Origin: Epithemia pelagica
Taxonomy: Eukaryota > Protista > Bacillariophyta
NCBI GenBank assembly: GCA_946965045.2
Contig: OX337234.1
Coordinates: 1,240,001-1,304,000, forward strand
Reading direction: 5' to 3'
DNA: 64,000 bases
Made by a program: the position numbers and the translations under genes. A model generated the notes under the pieces. It was not told where the DNA came from and searched no databases. It saw only the letters and a list, made by a program, of their open reading frames with translations. Shown here one piece after another: positions 57,806 through 64,000 of the stretch. Numbering within the stretch: the first letter of the stretch is position 1; the number at the start of each line of letters is the position of its first letter.

Positions 57806-57947
57806 TGCAACATCATGGTTAATGCAAATTCTCAACTAATATAGGATAAAGGAAGATTACTAAGTACTCGTCAATGTAGAAACTCTCATCATGTAAAAAC
57901 TCATCATGTAAAAACTCATCATGTAAACACTCGTAGGAATTGGTGGC

Positions 57948-59405
57948 TTACAAGTCACCAAACATGTTCCTGGCAGCCTCCGCATTCTTCTTGCCTTTGG
58001 TGGCAATCTTGGTGCCACCCTTGCATGCAATGCGCCAAAAGATAGTCATACCAAGGAGATCACGGCCGAAATCATTCTCCGAGTCATTTGATTTCATTTT
58101 GATGGGGTTGTACTCCGTAGGGATGACAGTCTCATCCTTAGAGAAAATCTGGTTGTCGAGTTTGATAGACGGGTGAAAGGCAAACCTATAGTGGGCCCAG
58201 TAGCTGCCATCGTCAGAATCCTCAATAGCCACCATAGTAGCACTATGGGCCTTCTTTGTAGCGTCACACTTGATCTTGGACAACTTCTCGTCCTTGTGGT
58301 ACCGCTTGGGATCGCGGATCCAGAAGTCCTGCGCCGGCCCCCTCATCGAGATTAAACGACCACGCCAGCTTTCTCAGAAAACATCGTCGGGAATGCTCGC
58401 ATCCCATAAATGATGGTCCTGGCAAGGGACTGAACGGCGTAAGTGGAAGCCGTTGCGAGTGAAAAGTTCGTCCTGGTCGATCCCTTCAACGTATTGAATG
58501 TCGAAATCTCTGTTACGTTCGGCACTCAAATGGTTGACGGCGATTATCCAAGGGTGCTTGACCGTCCCATTTTGATTCACCAACCAACTTGTCGGAACAA
58601 ATGGGTGCAACACGTCGTTAGGCAGTTGTGGGGGACGAGGAGGGATACGAGAAAGAAGTGGAGACACCCTCCCGAAGACATGTTGCGGTGGATCACCTCC
58701 ATTGAGGTCGACACCAGGGACAGCATAAGCGGCGGCAACGTTGTGGCGTGCTGGGCTGGGACTTGCAAAGAAGTTGGAGGCGTTTACCTGTCCCATCTGC
58801 TGATCGTGGGCATCGTGGGCATCGTTGCCAAGAAACACCGCCGGTGATTCTCCTCCCTTCACAGGTGTGCGGTTGAGATTGCGGGGAGCTGGCTTCCTGT
58901 CGTCGTCTTGCTCAGCCATGCCAGCAGCATAATCTTGTTCACCATACAAGCGCCCATAAGCGTCCTTGTACATCTGCTCCTCTTCGGGGCTGACATCGTC
59001 GGCAACATCAGTGGTGTAAGTGTCATTGTCGGAAATCTTGTTGCTCTTCACCATGGTTCCTGACTCTTTGTTGTCAAGTTCTTTGAGAGTCTTCTCGTTT
59101 GGATCAACTCCCAGTCGATGGAGGTAGTTGACGTAGGCTTGGATGGACCGGGACTTGCACTTGCCCCAGCGAAGTTGCACTTGTCGTCGCTTCAACGAGC
59201 CTTCAAATCCCCAGTCGGTGGGATTATTACTGCAAAACGAAAGGAGATCAAAGGAGTGTCTCGACTGGCCTTGTTTTTCGATGGCCTTGATTAATTTTCT
59301 TGTTTGGTCAAACGGCAATCCACCTGGAGCGGGGAACTTGGCTGGCCTCTTTGGCGGTGGTTTCTTCTCTTCGTCCAATTTATGATCATGTTGTTGCTCT
59401 GTCAT
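57948..59405 (-). pseudogene. Transposon accessory ORF with Myb/SANT-like N-terminus and one in-frame TGA (58374-58376)
   Basis: 343-aa and 132-aa ORFs are in the same frame, joined by DVF*ESWRGRLISM; RRQVQLRWGKCK resembles the Myb/SANT recognition helix. Confidence 0.6.
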
Positions 59406-59673
59406 GATAGAAAATCAATGATCCAACAATCAACGAGAGGAGTAGACAGGTTTGCGAAGCGCAAGCCATTCCCTCTTGATCCAACATGCTCCTCTTGTGT
59501 CGTTGGTTTGTCTACAGCTACTAATATCATAGGAATGTGTTTGATTGCTTGATCATAAGCAGTATTTAAGTTTACTTAGGGCAGATTGGTGTGTGTGGAC
59601 CCACGGATCTTTCTACTCGTGTTCGGGATGAAGCACCTTTCCGCCAATTTGTGACACTACTAGGGAATGAGCC

Positions 59674-60662
59674 ATGAAGGCTGTCTTCCTTCCCCCAAGT
59701 TGGTCGCATCGGAATCTTCCTACTGTTCAACATAAAGAGAAGATGGTGCCACTGGTCGAGCCAGACGAGGTTCTCACGCGAGGCTTAGCTTATCTCTCCT
59801 TGGACGTGGATGGCCGTCTGACGAGGGAGCAACGCATCAACAAGTTCCAACAACACTATGGATCGGTGCCTCTTACAATTGCAACCATGTGGTATGACTT
59901 GTGCCATACGACAATTGAAGAGGCAAAGCTAAGTACTAAGGATAAACAAAAAGGCTTTCGCATGTTCTTGGTTGCGCATTTCTTTATCTACAGCTATCCT
60001 CGAAGCAGCGTACAGCTTGGTGACAGGTTCCGAATTTGTGCGTGCAACGTCCGAGGCAAGAATCTCTGGAAATGGATTCGGAAGATCGCAGCGCTTGAGG
60101 AGAAGGTAATTTTCTGGCCTCACGACCTGAACAATCCTGACTCGGAGATTTCGCGCTATCTGTGGATGGTGTTGATAAGAAAACGTGGGAACGAAAGCAC
60201 AAGACTGAACTGCTTCCGTTTGATCGACGAAATTTCTCACAGAAGCATGCGCACGGTGGAGTGAAATATCAAATCACTCTATGTGCATATCGCCAGCAAG
60301 TCGTGGATATCTTTGGACCAGTGCGCGGAGGCATGGGTGACAAGGAGATGCTCGAGAGGTCTGGTGTGCTGGAGCACCTCGCGGATGGAAAAAAGGTTGT
60401 GGCTGATCGCGGTTACATCAAGAATGCTTTCCGCGACAAGATTGCTTGGCCCAACCCACAACACGATTCAAGGATGGCAAACAATATTAAGAGTCGCATC
60501 CGCCTGCGACACGAATCGTTCAACGGAAAAATGTCTACCTTTGCCGCCATGCACCAAACTTGGAGGCACAGCGACACGAATCATGGACTTGCCTTTCGAG
60601 CTGTCGCTGTTAAGTTGCAATATGCCATGAACAATGGCAGCTCTCATCTCTTTCAACCCTAA
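59674..60662 (+). pseudogene. DDE transposase (DDE_Tnp_4 / PIF-Harbinger-like) with a 1-nt frameshift near 60150
   Basis: One extra T in GAGATTTCGCG gives EIFALSVDGVD. Other motifs are KHAHGGVKYQI, GPVRGGMGD, VVADRGY and RLRHESFNGKM. Confidence 0.85.
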
Positions 60663-60707
60663 TGAATGTCTAAAGTAGAGAAAAGTTTGTTTGTGTTTTC
60701 TATTTGT

Positions 60708-61231
60708 TTACGTATAGTCTTGTATATGATTTGCCAAATCATGTCGTCGTCCCAGCTCATCACAGGGGACAACAGGTCCTCGTCCTTGCTCCTCCTCGCG
60801 TTTCAGTGCCAGATAGTTGAAAAAACGTTGGCGGCGTGCTTCCTGGTAAATGCGGTGCTTGAAGATTGCTGGCTTAAAGTCTCTGTAGGCAGGACATGTC
60901 CTTTGAAGCTCGGATGGCTTCAAGCGTAGGTGCACACCATTCTTCACATCCTGCCGAAGAAGCAGCTTTGCAGGGTGAAGGTCAAAGACAAGTTCACCTT
61001 TGTTGTTGTGTTGTTGTCTTGGATATAACCTTCTGTCATGAATAAGGGCCCTTTCGTCACTTCTTGCCCTTTCATCTTGAAAAGGTGGTCTGCCGGCACC
61101 ATGTTCATGTTGTAGAGCAGACCACCTGGCTCCAAATCCTCGATGAGGATCGCCCGCCCCTCGCATTTCCTTCAATCAACAAACTTCTCCTTCTCCTTCT
61201 CCTTCTTCGATACAGAGACCTGCTTGCTCAT
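60708..61231 (-). pseudogene. Fourth transposon ORF (diatom-TE-type repeated domain), with a TGA and a frameshift
   Basis: MSKQVSVSKKEKEKEKFVD*RKCEGRAILIEDLEPG... then, in another frame, FDLHPAKLLLRQDVKNGVH...PSEL...AYRDF...FKHRIYQEARRQRF. Confidence 0.55.
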
Positions 61232-61377
61232 CCTCTTTCTTTGTCCACTACCTGGCGACAAAAAAGGTTGGTTGTTGTGTCGTGTTCCATTTCGTCGATC
61301 GTTGTCGATAACTTCGACGTGTTTTGCGATCACGTTTTGTGAAGCTCATTTTTGTTGTGAAGACTCATTCTTGTTGT

Positions 61378-61556
61378 TGTATCGGGTGTGTGTATCGGGG
61401 TTTCGTCGATTTGTATCGGTTGTATCGACCCCCGTGTATCGTTTGTATCGGGGTTGTATCGGTTGTATCGGGTTGTATCGGGTTGTATCGGAATTTGTAT
61501 CGGTTGTATCGGATGTTGTTTCGACCAGTTGTATGGTTTGTATCGGGTTGTATCGA
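61378..61556 (+). repeat. Right subterminal TGTATCG array
   Basis: About 14 copies of TGTATCG, on the same strand as the left array. Confidence 0.88.
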
Positions 61557-62126
61557 CCCTCGCCAAATGTTCCGATTCGTGTATTTTCCTCTTTATGTAT
61601 TCTAATATACAGAAATATCAATGTCGATAAGTATTTTGTTCTATTATAGTGTACCAAAAAGAAAATAAGCTTGTCCGTCCTTCGCCCTTTTTGGTATATT
61701 CTGTTCAAGGTCCATAAGCACTATGGTTACAAAAATAGCGGGTGTCCCTGGGTGTCCAGGGTTCGAGTCCGCTGTGACTAGGTGGTTGGGAGGGCTAGAT
61801 GTGGGGCCCGAAAAGCGGTTCGTCTATGTGGCCCCTTGTCACAAGCGGGCTGTCCCCCCGCTCCATGATTCCGAGAGTAATGGCGCCAGGGCAGTCGGTC
61901 GACCGTACCCGGGTAGGCGCGGCAGCTGGAAGAATAGACTATTCCCCTTTGATAGAAAATCTCAAATGTTTGGGGGTTTTGGGTTTTTCGTTTTTTTCGT
62001 ATTGCTCCGGATAAGGATGATTAGTGCGTCTTCTTTAATCTCTACAGTGACGTCAGCAAAACTGAAAACTGTACAACTGAGAGTAGATTCCAATCCGTGA
62101 AATCCTCCACTACCTACCTAGGTTAA

Positions 62127-63131
62127 CGCCATTCGTAAGCGAGTAGCGTATAGCTGTCTCCCATATAAGCGAGACAGCTATACGCTACTCGCTTAACTTC
62201 GACTTGCCTTAACTTCATATAAATTCAATTCCACACTAATTTGACTTTATCGTTGTATAGAGCTTTGGAATATGGAACAACTTCAGATATGATAGTCTAC
62301 AGTAAAGATCCACTCATTAGCTTGATATTTGAACTTGAAAAATTGGTGATTTTCCTCATTTTCGCTCATTTACATCTTCCATCGGCTGAGCACCAACTTT
62401 AGTACGCTTTATATGTGTGACATCTGCACCGATTGTTGCAGGACTCTCTATTCTGGAGATCTATATGGCAAAGAAGGCCTTGACCAAAGGAAATGTCGTC
62501 CCAACCCTTCCCTGTGGAAAATGACGACCGTGAGTCGGCGCAACTGGATTCGTCGCAATGGCTCATCAATCCACATGCCAAGCAACCCGTCCAAGATATC
62601 GATCTCAGATGCCAAGTGACCCGTCCAAGGTGCTACCAACCTTGCACCTGAAGCCAGTACAACAGTACCAGAGGAAGCTGATGATGAGGAGGCAGATATA
62701 CACAAGAAAGAGGAGAAGGACTGCCGGCAACAGCAATATGGAAGAGGATGAGAACAACACGAAAGACAACAACGTCTATGGTGAGGACGACGAAACAACG
62801 GAAATCCACTGATTGTGAGAACAACAGTAGATAGGAATAAACAGAGATTTGTAGATGTGAAGAGTTATTTTGTTGACTTCTCGTATCACTACATCATGGT
62901 CGCTACATCATGGTCACAACATCATGGACTAGGTGTCAACATCATGGACTAGGTGCCACTTGTATGACAACACCAACGGAGGGGGCAATTGTCATATTGC
63001 TTAACACGGGTCGGGTTAGTGTTTTGAGAAGGGAGACAACTAAGCGAGTAGCACGTTGTCTCCCATAAATTTTATGGGAGACAACTATATGCTACTCGCA
63101 TAAGCTTAACACCCGTTCTTTATGAATGGCG
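62127..63131. mobile_element. About 1-kb non-autonomous TIR element flanked by TTAA, with related long hairpins near each end
   Basis: TTAA|CGCCATTCGTAA ... TTATGAATGGCG|TTAA; hairpins 62136-62195 (perfect 25-bp stem) and 63044-63099. Confidence 0.7.
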
Positions 63132-63168
63132 TTAATGTTTTGACTCCCCACCAGTCTCGTGTCTCGCA

Positions 63169-63726
63169 TTGCCTCATTCTTATCATCTCGTTCTAACTTG
63201 CAATATGGAGGGAGACTCTGACTGTGACGACACCGATGCACTGAACGATTGGTACAACAAGAGGAGGAAGCTGGTTCACACCATCAACCAAGCTGCTGCC
63301 TTGGCAGCCACTATCATTCTTGAAGACAAACAAGATCAACAGTCTTTTTCCACCCAATTCTCGGAAGCACGGGCACTGTCGACCCCTCGTAATCGCACGT
63401 CAAGAATCATGAATATGGTCAGAGATGAGACTAGCCAGATTGTTGCCATGACTGCTATGCTGTCTCCATGGTACATCAGTTGTGTTTCCAACCCTCGTCC
63501 TCTACTAGACCCTACATGGTTGAAGACCTTCAGGTTGAGGTTTCGCATATCTTATGGTGCCCTTTTCCCTATTCTGTTGAAGAAAACCAAAGATGACAGC
63601 CAAGTTGAACTGTTTGGTCGATGGACAGAAGATGGTTCTCCGCGTCAAGAGTTGAGGTCCCCTATAGAACTACTTTTATTGGGGGCCTTACGATACAATA
63701 TCTTCACCGTGGAGATGGACTTTTGA
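63169..63726 (+). pseudogene. 5' fragment of a second PIF/Harbinger-like transposase
   Basis: SPWYISCV..P...KTFRLRFRISY...F.RW...SPIELLLLGALRY resembles the N-terminus of this transposase family; ends before any DDE core. Confidence 0.6.
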
Positions 63727-64000
63727 CGATTTGTATGAAAATACAGGCACAGTCGCGAGGTACATCGTTGCTTTATCCATACCTTTATCAAGTTTGGACA
63801 GCAGACTTTGTTCATTGAATATGTTCGTATCCCAACTACGGTCAAAGAGGCACGATGATCTGACTACGAGAATGCGAAAAAAAAAAAGGTACAGTCTATT
63901 TTAACGCTGCCGCGTGTACCCGCTAGGGTATCGTCGACCGACGCGCCCGGCCCCAGAAAACTGAGGCGAGGACTAACAGTACGGGAGATGGATGAAATAT

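Larger units (their letters stand above)
56762..61750. mobile_element. PIF/Harbinger-like (IS5-superfamily) DNA transposon, about 5 kb, four ORFs
   Basis: 28-bp TIRs CAGGGACACCCGCTAT(A/T)TTTGTAACCAT at 56762-56789 and 61723-61750 (1 mismatch); DDE transposase inside; subterminal TGTATCG arrays. No TSD identified. Confidence 0.85.

Noticed and set aside
28015-61174. Alternative genetic code (TGA = Trp) to explain several lone in-frame TGAs
   Set aside because: TGA is the evident true stop of the aldo-keto reductase, Gypsy integrase and both Crinkler-like genes, and one lesion is TAG. Point mutation or local readthrough is simpler.
61324-61708. Overlapping ORFs such as MCIGVSSICIG... and MARVDTTRY...
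   Set aside because: Artefacts of translating the TGTATCG array.
39071-61750. A 22.7-kb composite transposon from the orphan left end to the right TIR
   Set aside because: No TSD (ATCTT versus GGTGT), and the right TIR has a closer, better-matching partner at 56762.
61757-61770. GGGTTCGAGTCC as a tRNA gene or SINE
   Set aside because: Only a B-box/T-loop-like motif; no A-box, acceptor stem or cloverleaf could be built.

Overview
Eukaryotic nuclear DNA, most consistent with a diatom (inferred from a CoDi-type Copia element, short GT-AG introns and diatom-type gene families). Bases 1-43 kb are gene-rich but contain many damaged genes. They include a coiled-coil membrane protein, an apparently circularly permuted cytidylate-kinase-like protein, head-to-head glutaredoxin genes, two ankyrin paralogs, an aldo-keto reductase, an ASC-1-type zinc-finger protein, a HET-like/SEL1 gene, two Crinkler/RHS-like NTPase-nuclease genes, a flavin-reductase-like gene and a probable mitoribosomal mL40. 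Bases 43-64 kb are a transposon nest: a deleted Ty3/Gypsy element holding a solo LTR and a full-length 8.4-kb Copia of the same family, a roughly 5-kb four-ORF PIF/Harbinger-like element, a TTAA-flanked 1-kb element and a second transposase fragment. The most unusual object is a 448-bp insertion (7371-7818) with TG...CA ends and a 5-bp target duplication. Its ends are 98-bp palindromes (left perfect, right with one mismatch), each with a 13-bp inner inverted segment, and it splits a glutaredoxin motif. A complete 454-bp TRIM with a half-tRNA primer site (37504-37957) was also found. All protein family calls come from reading motifs by eye; no searches were run.
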